Assembly (NCBI GenBank): GCA_963720755.1
Contig: CAVRGP010000011.1
Coordinates: 320,001 to 384,000 of the forward strand
Reading direction: 5' to 3'
Source: an uncultured Chloroflexia bacterium
GTDB taxonomy: Bacteria > Chloroflexota > Limnocylindria > Limnocylindrales > CSP1-4
Length of the DNA: 64,000 nucleotides
Part shown: piece by piece, positions 51,388-61,534 of the stretch
Numbering within the stretch: position 1 is the first letter of the stretch
How the letters are laid out: every line of letters starts with the position of its first letter
The notes under the pieces: model-generated
The model's database searches: none
Told to the model about the DNA's origin: nothing
Seen by the model: the letters and a program-made list of their open reading frames with translations, nothing else
Position numbers and translations under genes: made by a program

Positions 51388-52499
51388 GTGGCGACCGCGG
51401 CGTCCGGGGCCAGGGTCAGCCCGGTCTCACCATCGAACAGGTGGAGCTTGTCGAGTGGGATGGTGAGGGTGACGATATCGTCCGTTTTGACCCGGTGCTC
51501 CGAGGAGACGATCGCGACGACGTCGCGGTCGGCGGCCGTGACGTGCAGGAGCTCCTCGTTGCCGAGATACTCGACCACGTCGGCTCGGGTCCGGAATGCG
51601 CCGACGCCGCTGCTCTCCTCGCCGATGTCGAGATGCTCCGGACGGAACCCGGCGACCAGGGTCTTGCCCTCGCGAGGAGTCGCCGTCTCGCGATATTGCG
51701 GCGGCAACGGGATGGACCAATCGGCCGGTCCCACCAGCCGGGCGCCCTCGCCGCTCCCCTCCATGTGGACCTCGACGAAGTTCATCGACGGACTGCCGAT
51801 GAAGCCAGCGACGAACCGGTTGATCGGCTTGTCGTACAGCGCCTGGGGCGACCCGACCTGCTGGAGCAGGCCCTCGTTCATGACCGCGATCCGCGTGCCC
51901 ATGGTCATCGCCTCGATCTGATCGTGGGTCACGTACACCATCGTCGTCTTGAGGCGCTGGTGCAGCCGGGCGATCTCCGCCCGCGTCTGGACGCGGAGCT
52001 TGGCGTCGAGGTTGGACAGCGGTTCGTCCATGAGGAACACCGCCGGTTCCCGGACGATCGCGCGTCCGAGGGCGACGCGCTGACGCTGGCCACCGGACAG
52101 CTCCTTCGGCTTGCGGTCGAGCAGCTTCTGGAGCTGGATGGTCTCGGCGGCCTCGTTGACCCGCCGCTCGATGTCGGCCTTGGGGACCTTGCGCAGCTTG
52201 AGGCCGAAGGCGAGGTTGTCCCGGACCGTCATGTGGGGATAGAGGGCGTAGCTCTGGAAGACCATCGCGATATCGCGATCCTTCGGCGGCACGTCGTTGA
52301 CGACCCGGTCGCCGATCTTGAGGGTGCCTTCGGAGATCTCCTCGAGGCCCGCGATCATCCGTAGACTGGTCGTCTTGCCGCAGCCGGATGGCCCGACCAG
52401 GACCATGAACTCGCCGTCGCCGATCTCGAGGTTGAGATCCCGCACGGCGTGGAAATCGCCGAACACCTTGTTGACGTTTTCGAACGTCACGGTCGCCAT
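51384..52499 (-). CDS. sugar ABC transporter ATP-binding protein (MalK/UgpC/MsmX)
   Basis: GPSGCGKT, VFQSYALYPH, LSGGQRQR, DEPLSNLD; GAGGTG RBS. Confidence 0.95.
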   Translation of the reverse strand: MATVTFENVNKVFGDFHAVRDLNLEIGDGEFMVLVGPSGCGKTTSLRMIAGLEEISEGTLKIGDRVVNDVPPKDRDIAMVFQSYALYPHMTVRDNLAFGLKLRKVPKADIERRVNEAAETIQLQKLLDRKPKELSGGQRQRVALGRAIVREPAVFLMDEPLSNLDAKLRVQTRAEIARLHQRLKTTMVYVTHDQIEAMTMGTRIAVMNEGLLQQVGSPQALYDKPINRFVAGFIGSPSMNFVEVHMEGSGEGARLVGPADWSIPLPPQYRETATPREGKTLVAGFRPEHLDIGEESSGVGAFRTRADVVEYLGNEELLHVTAADRDVVAIVSSEHRVKTDDIVTLTIPLDKLHLFDGETGLTLAPDAAVAT

Positions 52500-52669
52500 G
52501 GCACCACCTCGCATCCCCGCCCGACCATCGCGGGCCCATGCATCCAGTCGGCGAAGCGAGCGTGGACGGGCCCCATACGTGGACGGATCAGGGTCTCGCC
52601 ATCGTACGAGGGTCCATACCGAGGCGCAAGCCGGAGTTCCTGCCGCGGCCGGCCGAGGCCGGGCCATGC

Positions 52670-52833
52670 CCGACCTGGCCCGGCCTGGCTCCGGCCCGGC
52701 TCCGACCTGACGCCGGCCCGGCTCCGACCTGGATCCGGCCCGGCTCCGACCTGGGCACGACCTGGCCCGGCCCGACCTGACGCAGGCCCGGCCCCGACCT
52801 GGATCCGGCCCGACCCGGCGCCGGCCCGACCTG
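52670..52833. repeat. degenerate tandem repeat (ggcccggc(t)ccgacctg)
   Basis: About 9 copies of the (c)cgacc(t) core with 10-22-bp period. Confidence 0.8.
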
Positions 52834-53039
52834 GCGAAATTCTCCTGGGTGGACCGTTGTGCGAGATCCACGAGCAGAACGCGGGTCGCGAGGGCTTCGA
52901 CACCAGTTCTGCACGGCGACGCCGAGCGTGATTGACCGATTCCGTCTCGCCACATACCCCGCCGACACGCGGGAAGATGTCATAGCGGTCCATGCGTGAA
53001 AGATCCGCCAGGTTGCCGACGGACGTCCTGCCCAGGTCG

Positions 53040-53531
53040 TCAGCCGGACGGCGGGTACGGCTCGGGGGCGCCCTCGAGCGAAACCGTGCCCGCGCTGTCC
53101 GCGCGGACGGGCACCCAGAGGACCGTGTCGTCTCGGAGGAACAAGACCACGTAGCCCTCGTTGATCCCGAGGGAGAGCGCGCAGAAGTAGCCAGGCGGGC
53201 AGTAGCGGCCGTAGTGGAACGCGATCCGAAGGATGGGTGGACCGTCCGCCGGAAGCGCGGCGACGGCAGCTTCGATCGCGTTCTCACAGGTGAGCGTCCC
53301 GGTCGGCTCCGTGGAGGGCGAGCCGCCGAGGGGTCCGATGACTGGGCCAGAGCCGCAGACGATCTCCGGCGTCGGGCTCGGGGCGGGCGTCGGCCCGGCG
53401 GTCGGACTCGGGGTCGTGCTACGTGTCGGGACAGGCGCGCGGGCCACGCTTGCCGTGGGCGTAGGCACCGGGCTCGCACAGGCCGCCACGATCAGCCCGA
53501 TCGTCATCAGGACTCCTCGTGGCGAAGTCAT
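53040..53531 (-). CDS. small Pro/Thr-rich lipoprotein
   Basis: lipobox VAAC, PT linker, Cys-containing domain; start may be MTIG. Confidence 0.6.
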   Translation of the reverse strand: MTSPRGVLMTIGLIVAACASPVPTPTASVARAPVPTRSTTPSPTAGPTPAPSPTPEIVCGSGPVIGPLGGSPSTEPTGTLTCENAIEAAVAALPADGPPILRIAFHYGRYCPPGYFCALSLGINEGYVVLFLRDDTVLWVPVRADSAGTVSLEGAPEPYPPSG

Positions 53532-53779
53532 CAGCCTACCTCCGGGTGATCGCCCGATCCTGCCACGAGTTTACCGAGCTCATGACGGGGACTCCCTGAC
53601 TCGACGGCGCCGATGGTCCGAGCTGACCCGCGACGACCACCATGTCGCAAGCGCACCACAGGGCGCTTCGCCAGGTCCTCACGGACGACCGGCGACCGGC
53701 GCGGTTGCAGGCGATCCACGCTTCGTTGAGCGTCGATCCACGACACGAAACGCGCCAGGCGCCCTCAGATGCGGGGAGT

Positions 53780-53855
53780 TGGGGTGGCCTACGGGTTTCG
53801 AACCCGCAACCTTCGGAGCCACAATCCGATGCTCTGCCGTTGAGCTAAGGCCACC
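53780..53855 (-). tRNA. tRNA-His (GUG)
   Basis: G-1, GTGGCCT/AGGCCAC acceptor, anticodon GTG, GGTTCGAAA T-loop, encoded CCA; TATACT -10 at 53910-53915. Confidence 0.97.
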
Positions 53856-53970
53856 ATGGAGACACTCGTCCTGGCGGTCCGCCGACCGGCGGTCCACCCG
53901 AGCCACGGCAGTATAGCGGGACGGCTCCAGGCGACGGCCAGCGCCGCCGCGATCGCGATGCGGACCTCGT

Positions 53971-54077
53971 CCAGACCGGACCGGACCATACCAGACCGTC
54001 GCGGACAGGCCCGGACCCCACAGGACCGGACGGTACCTGTGAACCAGACCGCACCTGACCATCGCACCCCGGACATC
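53971..54077. repeat. 5-nt periodic CCRGA-like microsatellite
   Basis: ccaga ccgga ccgga ccata ccaga ccgtc gcgga caggc ccgga cccca cagga ccgga... Confidence 0.65.
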
Positions 54078-54151
54078 GGCGCTGGTCGCGCCTACGTTGA
54101 CGTAGACACCGACCGATCGGTTCGGAACGCCCCGGGGAGCACCACGCCTGC

Positions 54152-55066
54152 ATGTCCATCACCGTCGAGCCCCACGCCAGCCAGCAGGCCCTGCGGCCGC
54201 CTGCCGATCGGTTTCGGTCGATGCGCCGGATCACGCTCGCGGTCGCCCTCCTCTTCGGCATCAGTTCGGCGCTCGCGCTTGCCGCCCCGCCTGGTGCCTT
54301 TGCCTGGAGTTCCGGCTCGTATAGCTCCTCATCCGAGTCGGAACTCGTCGCGCTGACCAATCGTGCCCGGGCCAACGCCGGGCTGAAGTCCCTGAAGGTC
54401 GACTCGACCCTCCGCTCGGTCGCCCGATGGCGAAGCAAGGACATGATCGAGCGCGACTACTTCGCCCACGAGATCCCGGGCTACGGTATGGTCTTCGACA
54501 AGCTCCACGCGATCGGCTATTGCTACAAGGTCGCCGGCGAGAACATCGGCTGGAACAATTACCCGGACGACTCGGCCACGGCCGAGATCGAGACGATGTT
54601 CATGGGCTCGCCGGGGCATCGAGCGAACATCCTCGGCAAGACCTGGGATGTGATCGGGATCGGCGCCTACAAGGGCGCCGACGGCAAGAAGATGTGGACC
54701 GTCCTGTTCGCAGACAAGTGCGGTTCGACCGGCGGCAGCGCCCCCAAGGCGACCCCGAAGCCGCAGCCGAAGGCGACCCCCAGGCCGGTCACGCGATCGA
54801 CACCGAAGCCCACCCCGAAACCGACCCGGCGCCCGACCCCGGCACCAACGGCGACGCCGACACCGACCCCCGAGCTCGTGCTGCCCGAGACCCTGGACAC
54901 GCCGAGTCCGTTACCGACACCGACACCGAGCCCGTCCCCGTCGGTGTCGCCCGAGCCCGAGATCGGAACGAATCCCGTCGGCATGCGCGTCGTCGATCCT
55001 GGGGCGGCCGGTGGGCTGCTCGAGACGATCGTCGGTGGCGTGGCCGGCTACTTCTTCGGAGGCTGA
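54152..55066 (+). CDS. secreted CAP (SCP) domain protein with PT-rich tail
   Basis: [40 protein letters not shown]. Confidence 0.9.
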   Translation: MSITVEPHASQQALRPPADRFRSMRRITLAVALLFGISSALALAAPPGAFAWSSGSYSSSSESELVALTNRARANAGLKSLKVDSTLRSVARWRSKDMIERDYFAHEIPGYGMVFDKLHAIGYCYKVAGENIGWNNYPDDSATAEIETMFMGSPGHRANILGKTWDVIGIGAYKGADGKKMWTVLFADKCGSTGGSAPKATPKPQPKATPRPVTRSTPKPTPKPTRRPTPAPTATPTPTPELVLPETLDTPSPLPTPTPSPSPSVSPEPEIGTNPVGMRVVDPGAAGGLLETIVGGVAGYFFGG

Positions 55067-55071
55067 ACACC

Positions 55072-55893
55072 GTGATCGTCGAGCGAACTGCGCCGATCGT
55101 CGCCGCACCCGCGCCGATCCCCGCACCCCCAGCCGACCTGCCACCGCCGATCCTCGAGGCCCACGGCCTGACCCGGGTCTATCGCCTCGGACAGACGACG
55201 GTCGAGGCCCTCAGGGACGTCTCCATGTCTGTCCAGGCTGGTGAGTTCGTGGCCCTCATGGGGCCATCGGGCTCGGGTAAATCGACCTTGCTCCAGGTCC
55301 TCGGCGGGCTGGATCGACCGACGACCGGCGAGGTCATCCTCGAGGGTCAGCGAATCGGCGCTCTCGATGACGACCAGGCGACCCGGCTTCGCCGGGATCG
55401 GACCGGGTTCGTCTTCCAGTCGTTCAACCTCATCCCGCTGCTCGACGTCACCGAGAACGTCGCCCTGCCGTTCACCATCGCCGGCGAGGATCCATCGAAG
55501 GGTGCCCTCCGCGAGCGGATCCAGGACGTCATCGACCTCGTCGATCTGACCGGCAAGGAACGCCACCGACCGGATCAGTTGTCAGCCGGCGAGCAGCAGC
55601 GGGTCGCCATCGCTCGCGCGCTCGTCACTCGTCCAGCCCTGTTGTTCGCGGACGAACCGACCGGCAATCTCGACTATTCGACGAGCACGGAGATCCTCGA
55701 CGCGCTGTGGCGCTCGTGCACCGAGCGTGGGCAGACCATCGTCCTGGTCACACACGACTCCAAGGCGGCCGCCTATGCCGATCGGGTCCTCGTCGTCAGC
55801 GATGGCCGGATCCGCGACACGATCGAGCTGGGCCGCAGGACCAGCCATGACGCGACGCCGCTGATCTCACGTCTCGCCCAGCTCGGCCTGTAG
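55072..55893 (+). CDS. ABC transporter ATP-binding protein (LolD/MacB-like)
   Basis: [33 protein letters not shown]. Confidence 0.93.
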   Translation: MIVERTAPIVAAPAPIPAPPADLPPPILEAHGLTRVYRLGQTTVEALRDVSMSVQAGEFVALMGPSGSGKSTLLQVLGGLDRPTTGEVILEGQRIGALDDDQATRLRRDRTGFVFQSFNLIPLLDVTENVALPFTIAGEDPSKGALRERIQDVIDLVDLTGKERHRPDQLSAGEQQRVAIARALVTRPALLFADEPTGNLDYSTSTEILDALWRSCTERGQTIVLVTHDSKAAAYADRVLVVSDGRIRDTIELGRRTSHDATPLISRLAQLGL

Positions 55894-55903
55894 GGGTCGA
55901 CTC

Positions 55904-58423
55904 GTGGCCCTCCGCCGGCTTGCCCTGCGCAGCCTCCGAGCCCGGCCGATGCGAACGGGGGCGAGCATCATCGCGGTCGCCCTCGGGGTCGCCGTCCTGT
56001 TCGCCGGACTGGCGACTGAAGCGGGTATCGCGTCGTCGGTCGACGAGGCCGTCCGCGCCCAGATCGGCCGCGCCGACCTTCGGGTCGCGGCCTTCGACGA
56101 GACGGGTCTGTCCCCCTCGACGGTCGCCACGATCGCGACGACGCCCGGGGTCGACGAGGCGGCCCCGGTGTTCGAGCAGCGGATCTATCTCGGCCAGACC
56201 GGCGACAAGACGACGCTGCCCGCCCCCGTGACGATCCTGGGTATCGACCCTTCGATCGATCCGATCGTGCACGACCTGATGCTCGGATCGGGAACATCAC
56301 TGACCGACCCGAACGCGCCGTTCGCGCTCATCTCGGAACGACTGGCTCGCGAAGACGGTCTGTCACTCGGGTCGCAGGTGTCGATGCAGGGCGCTGGCGA
56401 CCGGGTCGTCTATCGCGTGGTCGGGATCCTGGCGGGTGACGGCTCGTTGGCCGGCACGCTCGGACGGACCGTTGTCGTGCCCCTCGCGACCGCCCAGGCC
56501 GTGTTCGGGACGTCCGGCGTCGATCGGGTCGATATCCTCGTCAGCCGGGGAGCGGACGCGAACATCGTCTCTGCCTCCCTCGAGTCCCGACTGTCGGGCG
56601 AACCGTACGTCCTCTCGACGCCACACGACCTGGCGGCCGGACTTCGAGCGTCGACGAACGAATTCCTGCTCACGACCGGGCTCATCGCAGCCGTGGCCCT
56701 GTTCTCGGGTGCATTCCTCATCTTCAATGCGTTGTCGATGACGGTCTCGGAGCGGGTCCGCGAGATCGGCCTGCTGCGAGCCGCCGGAGCGAGCCGTGGC
56801 CAGGTCATGTCGTTCATGCTTGCCCAGGCGCTCGTCATCGGCGTCGTCGGATCGCTGGCGGGCCTGCTGGTCGGCGGACTCCTGGCGGCGGCGATGGTGG
56901 CGGCCGTCGGGACGGTCGGTTCGGTGGCGCTCCACTGGCCCGGTCTGCCGCTCGACGCCATGGCCGCAGCCCTGCTGGTCGGTATCGGCGTCACGCTTGC
57001 CGCCGCGCTCGGACCGGCCCGTCGGGCGAGCCGGATCCAACCGGTCGAGGCACTCAAGACCCGGTTCGACGCACGATCCGTGCGCGGCACCCGGCTGCGC
57101 TGGCTCGCGGCGATCTTCGTCGTGATCGCGCTCGCCGGGGTCGTCTTCGTGCCACGAGTCACTGGCGGGACCGGCGCGGTCGGTTCACTTGCCGTGTACG
57201 GGATCCTGCTGCTGACCACCCTGCTCATCCCGGTCGTCCTGCCGGTCATGGCGCGCATCGCCGGGATGCCGTTCCACCTGATCCTTCGCGTCGAGGAGCG
57301 ACTGGCCCGGAGCGCCATCGGTCGGGATCCGAGCCGGACCGCGCTGACCCTCGGCAGCCTGACGGTCGGGCTCGCCATGATCGTCGCCCTGGGCAGTGTC
57401 GGTCAGCACGCCCGAGCGGCCGCGTCCGGCTGGATCGAGGACGTGGTCCCGGGCGGGATCGTCCTGACGTCGATCCGGCCGATCGCACCCGACGAGGACG
57501 TGGCCGGCCAGCTGACCGACGCCGTGCCGGGGATCGATCGGGTCAGTCCGATCGCAACGTTCGACGTCGCCATCACCGGGATCCGGACCGACGCCGCAGC
57601 CGTGGTCGGGTCGGACCTGTCCGCTGACGGCCGCCTGCGGTTCACCGCCGGTGACCGCGAGACGGCCCTCGCCGCGCTCGATACAGGCGGCGCGACGATC
57701 ATCCCGGCGGCGATCGCCGGCCGGTTCGGACTTGCCGTCGGGGATGTGGTGACGCTCCCGACCGCGGACGGAGGATCGCTCGACCTGCGGGTCGTCGGGA
57801 TCGTGGAGCGGTCGCTGCCCGGCAAGACCGGGGAATCGATGCTCATCGGTTGGACCGATGCGATGGACCGCCTCGGCGTTGCGGGGGCCGATGCGTTCGC
57901 GGTCCGGTTCGGATCCGGCGCGGCACCGGCGAACGAGGCGGCCCTCCGGGCCACGGCCGACCTGCTCGCCCTGCAGGTGGTGCCGCTCGATCAGATCGAG
58001 GGCGCGATCAGCGTCGCACTCGAGCGGATCTTCGGCCTGTTCGATGCGCTGGCCCTGGTCGCGGTCCTCATCGCCGCCCTCGGGATCGTCAATACCCTCA
58101 GCATGAACGTCATGGAGCGGGTCCGCGAGATCGGGATCCTGCGCGCCGCCGGCATGAGCCGGAGCCAGGTCTGGCGATCGATCGTCGTCGAGGCCGGTGT
58201 ACTCGGTCTGGCCGGAGCGCTGCTCGGGATCATGGTCGGGCTCGGGATCGGTGCGCTGATGGTCGTCTCGACCGGCGATACTCCCGATCTCGGAACGAGC
58301 GTTCCCTGGGCCATCATCGGGCTCACCCTCGTGATCGGCGTCGGACTGGCGATGCTGGCGGCGGCCTATCCGGCCCGGATCGCCAGCCGACTGTCCATCG
58401 TCCGGGCCGTCCAGTACGAGTGA
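55904..58423 (+). CDS. FtsX-like ABC permease (duplicated)
   Basis: Two ERVREIG(L/I)LRAAG motifs; 839 aa. Confidence 0.92.
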   Translation: MALRRLALRSLRARPMRTGASIIAVALGVAVLFAGLATEAGIASSVDEAVRAQIGRADLRVAAFDETGLSPSTVATIATTPGVDEAAPVFEQRIYLGQTGDKTTLPAPVTILGIDPSIDPIVHDLMLGSGTSLTDPNAPFALISERLAREDGLSLGSQVSMQGAGDRVVYRVVGILAGDGSLAGTLGRTVVVPLATAQAVFGTSGVDRVDILVSRGADANIVSASLESRLSGEPYVLSTPHDLAAGLRASTNEFLLTTGLIAAVALFSGAFLIFNALSMTVSERVREIGLLRAAGASRGQVMSFMLAQALVIGVVGSLAGLLVGGLLAAAMVAAVGTVGSVALHWPGLPLDAMAAALLVGIGVTLAAALGPARRASRIQPVEALKTRFDARSVRGTRLRWLAAIFVVIALAGVVFVPRVTGGTGAVGSLAVYGILLLTTLLIPVVLPVMARIAGMPFHLILRVEERLARSAIGRDPSRTALTLGSLTVGLAMIVALGSVGQHARAAASGWIEDVVPGGIVLTSIRPIAPDEDVAGQLTDAVPGIDRVSPIATFDVAITGIRTDAAAVVGSDLSADGRLRFTAGDRETALAALDTGGATIIPAAIAGRFGLAVGDVVTLPTADGGSLDLRVVGIVERSLPGKTGESMLIGWTDAMDRLGVAGADAFAVRFGSGAAPANEAALRATADLLALQVVPLDQIEGAISVALERIFGLFDALALVAVLIAALGIVNTLSMNVMERVREIGILRAAGMSRSQVWRSIVVEAGVLGLAGALLGIMVGLGIGALMVVSTGDTPDLGTSVPWAIIGLTLVIGVGLAMLAAAYPARIASRLSIVRAVQYE

Positions 58424-58481
58424 CACGATGCTAGACTCCGGCCGTCGATCGCCACGTCGGTGATCCACCAGTGGAGCCCAG

Positions 58482-59126
58482 ATGTCGCTCGCGATCCCAA
58501 GACTCGACCGCAGCACGATCGCGGATCGCGGCCTCACCATCGCCGACTTCCTCGTCCCCATCCGAGTCGGGGAGCGAGTCAACGCCCGGGTCCGTGACGT
58601 CGCCCTCGTCCTGGCCGGGGCGATCTTCATCTACCTGACCGCGAAGATCAGCCTCCCGGTCCCTGGATCGCCGGTCCCGATCACCGGCCAGACCTTCGGC
58701 GTGCTTCTGGTCGGCGTCTCACTCGGGTTGCGGCGCGGCCTGTTCGCGGTCTCGCTGTACGTGCTGCTGGGCGTCATCGGGCTGCCGTTCTTCGCGGACG
58801 GCAAGGGCGGGCTGGACGTGATCTGGGGCGCCACGGGTGGCTACCTCGTCGGGTTCATCATCGCGGGTGCCGTTGTCGGGCGCCTGGCCGAGCTCGGCTG
58901 GGATCGTCATGTCGGCGGGGCGCTCGGGGCGATGCTCATCGGCAGCGCGATCATCTATGCCGTCGGGTTGCCCTGGCTCCTGGTCGTTCTCGATCTCACC
59001 CCGAGCCAGGTGATCGACAAGGGCCTGACCCCATACCTGCTGGGGGACGCGATCAAGCTCGTGCTCGCGGCGGCGATCTTCCCGGCTGCCTGGTGGCTCG
59101 TGGGGCGACGTCCGGACGATCGCTGA
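58482..59126 (+). CDS. bioY: biotin transporter BioY
   Basis: PVPITGQTF, GLPFFA, TGGYLVGF, GDAIK. Confidence 0.93.
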   Translation: MSLAIPRLDRSTIADRGLTIADFLVPIRVGERVNARVRDVALVLAGAIFIYLTAKISLPVPGSPVPITGQTFGVLLVGVSLGLRRGLFAVSLYVLLGVIGLPFFADGKGGLDVIWGATGGYLVGFIIAGAVVGRLAELGWDRHVGGALGAMLIGSAIIYAVGLPWLLVVLDLTPSQVIDKGLTPYLLGDAIKLVLAAAIFPAAWWLVGRRPDDR

Positions 59127-59128
59127 CG

Positions 59129-59989
59129 ATGGTGGCGCCGGACCCGGGCCTGTTCGGCCCCGCGTCTGAGGCCTGGCGGCTCGACCGCGAGGCGATGCTG
59201 CTGCCGGGTGCCGGGCCCCGCGCGCTCCTGCTCCAGCTCGCCCACCCGCTGGTCGCCGCCGGGGTCGACGAGCATTCGGATTTCCGGTCGGATCCCTGGC
59301 ATCGGCTCGCGGCGACGTTGCGCAGTTACCTGACGATCATCTACGGGACGACGACGGCGGCGCGAGCCGAGATCGGTCGACTCAACCGGCTGCACGGATC
59401 GATCGCCGGACCCGGTTACTCGGCCCGCGATCCGGAGTTGTCCCTGTGGGTGCACGCGACCCTCGTCGACTCCACGATCGTCGCCTACGACGCCTGGCTC
59501 GAGCCGCTGTCGCCAGCCCGGCGGGCGGCCTTCTATGCCGAGACCCTGCCGATCGGCCGGGCGTTCGGGATCCCGGACGGACTGCTTCCAGCGGATCTGG
59601 ACGCGTTCGAGCGATACGTCGCGCTGATGATCGGACCGGGGGGACCGGTCAAGGTCTCGCCGGTCGCGCGAGAACTCGCTGCGGTCGTGCTCCGACCGCC
59701 GTTGGCACCCCTGGCGGCACTGTTCCCATTCGAACGCGCGGCGGGGGACCTCCTCGGGCGAGTGCCACCGGGAACGTACGCGTGGACCCTGTGGCCGGCG
59801 ATCGGGCTTCTCCCTGAGCCGGTCCGAAAGGCGTACCGACTGCCGTGGGGTGTCCGCGAGCGGCTCGTGTCAGCCTGGCTGGTGACCGCCTGGCGGGCGT
59901 GGCGACCGATCGTGCCGCCGGGTTTCCGACAGATGCCGCAGGCGCTCGCCGCCGACCGGCGCGTCGAGGCGGCCGCGGGCCACCTCTAG
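59129..59989 (+). CDS. MpaB/DUF2236 oxygenase family protein
   Basis: RALLLQLAHP.V.AGV.EHSDF, YSARDPEL.LWVHATL. Confidence 0.88.
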   Translation: MVAPDPGLFGPASEAWRLDREAMLLPGAGPRALLLQLAHPLVAAGVDEHSDFRSDPWHRLAATLRSYLTIIYGTTTAARAEIGRLNRLHGSIAGPGYSARDPELSLWVHATLVDSTIVAYDAWLEPLSPARRAAFYAETLPIGRAFGIPDGLLPADLDAFERYVALMIGPGGPVKVSPVARELAAVVLRPPLAPLAALFPFERAAGDLLGRVPPGTYAWTLWPAIGLLPEPVRKAYRLPWGVRERLVSAWLVTAWRAWRPIVPPGFRQMPQALAADRRVEAAAGHL

Positions 59990-60005
59990 CGGCCGCGGGC
60001 CGCCC

Positions 60006-61370
60006 TCAGTAGAGGCTGGGAAGGCGCTTCGCGAAGAGTCTCGTCCCGAGATCGACCGGGGTCGCCGCGTCAAGGGCGTCGAGCAGCGTCGATGTCGACG
60101 AGATCGCGTTCTGCTGGTCCCGGATGTACCCGCGGAGGGCTGGCCAGAACACGCTCGAGCCCATCAGCCGGCGGGCTCGATCGAGCAGGTTTCCGCCCTG
60201 GATATAGATCCGCTCGTAGTAGCAGGCAGCCGAGTAGCCATAGATGGTCAGATCCAGGCGACCGCTCGAGCATCGGCTGGTGCGGCGCAGCCCCAGCACG
60301 AACCGCGCCGCGAAGTCGGCGGTGGCCTCGTCCGCGAACGGGTCGGCGGCCTGATCGTTCCCGACGATCCCGTAGAACCATTGGTGGGCCGTCTCGTGGG
60401 CGGCCAGGTAGCGAAGGTTCGAGACAGCGACGCCGGTCGGGATCCAGATCAGCGCCGGCGATTCCATCCCGTAGCCGCCGGCTGACTGGACGACCTTGAA
60501 GATGCGGTGGGGATAGGGACCGAGACGACGCTCGAGCGCATCGAAGGCGTCGGCCGCCGCACGGAGCATCGCTTTTCCCGGCCCACCCGGCCGGTAGTAG
60601 ACGCGCACGACCGTGTCGCGGACGACCCGGGACCGCGTCCGATAGTCGGCGGCCGCGGTGACCGTGAAGTCCCGGACGTTCGTCGCCTGGAATGTCTGGC
60701 GGAGCCCGTCGGTACTCCGTGCGGTCCGGCGGCCCGTGGTGGCCAGGACGAGCGGTCTCGAGGTGGTGATCCGGACCGTCACCGACGGGCTGGTCGGAGT
60801 CTCGAATGGATCGCCGTGGTTCGGCCGGGCGAACCTGATCCGGCGGCTCACCCAGGGGAGCCAGCGATAGAGATCGACGACCCCGTTCGCGCGGGTGAAC
60901 AGCCAGTCGGAGCCGGCGACCCCGCTGCGCAGCGTCGCCCGATATCGCAACCGGATGGTCGTCGTCGCACCGATGGGCAGGTCGTGCCCGAGAGGCACGA
61001 CGATCGTCTGGCCCGTGACGGTGACGCCGACCGTGGTCCCGTCGACCGTCGCGGGTCCGAGCACCATCGCGCCGAGCCTGGCCGCGACCGTGTTGAACTC
61101 GATCCTGTCGATCGGACCGCCCCAGGTGTTGCGGACCGTGGCCGAGCTGTCCACCCGGATCGTGCGTGACGCCCAGCCCAGCCGGAGGGACGTGTCGTAC
61201 GTTGCCTCGAGGAACGGGCTGGACCGATCGACCGAAGCGGGTGTGACGGTGGGAACCGGAACGCTTGACGGCACCACCGTCATGGCGTCGCGTGGCCGCA
61301 CGTTCGGCGATGGAGCGCCGAGCGCCCCGACGACGATCGTCAGGCACGCGACGACGATGAGGCGATGCAT
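60006..61370 (-). CDS. secreted M1 family metallopeptidase
   Basis: GMESP, HETAHQWF..VGNDQ..DEA, IYIQG; signal peptide. Confidence 0.85.
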   Translation of the reverse strand: MHRLIVVACLTIVVGALGAPSPNVRPRDAMTVVPSSVPVPTVTPASVDRSSPFLEATYDTSLRLGWASRTIRVDSSATVRNTWGGPIDRIEFNTVAARLGAMVLGPATVDGTTVGVTVTGQTIVVPLGHDLPIGATTTIRLRYRATLRSGVAGSDWLFTRANGVVDLYRWLPWVSRRIRFARPNHGDPFETPTSPSVTVRITTSRPLVLATTGRRTARSTDGLRQTFQATNVRDFTVTAAADYRTRSRVVRDTVVRVYYRPGGPGKAMLRAAADAFDALERRLGPYPHRIFKVVQSAGGYGMESPALIWIPTGVAVSNLRYLAAHETAHQWFYGIVGNDQAADPFADEATADFAARFVLGLRRTSRCSSGRLDLTIYGYSAACYYERIYIQGGNLLDRARRLMGSSVFWPALRGYIRDQQNAISSTSTLLDALDAATPVDLGTRLFAKRLPSLY

Positions 61371-61534
61371 CGAGCCCATCGTACCCGGACGTCTCCGACC
61401 GGGGCGGGGTTCGGAACGCGCGGCCGGTGACGCGAGTTTGCTAGGATCGCGATCATGCTCGCGCACGTGGGTGGGGCGCGGCTGGACATGACCGTCGGCG
61501 CGGCGGCACAGGTATCAGTCGGGACTCCCAGGAC

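Noticed and set aside
53040-53780. Integrated element at the tRNA-His 3' end
   Set aside because: No integrase and no duplicated tRNA 3' end noticed in the window
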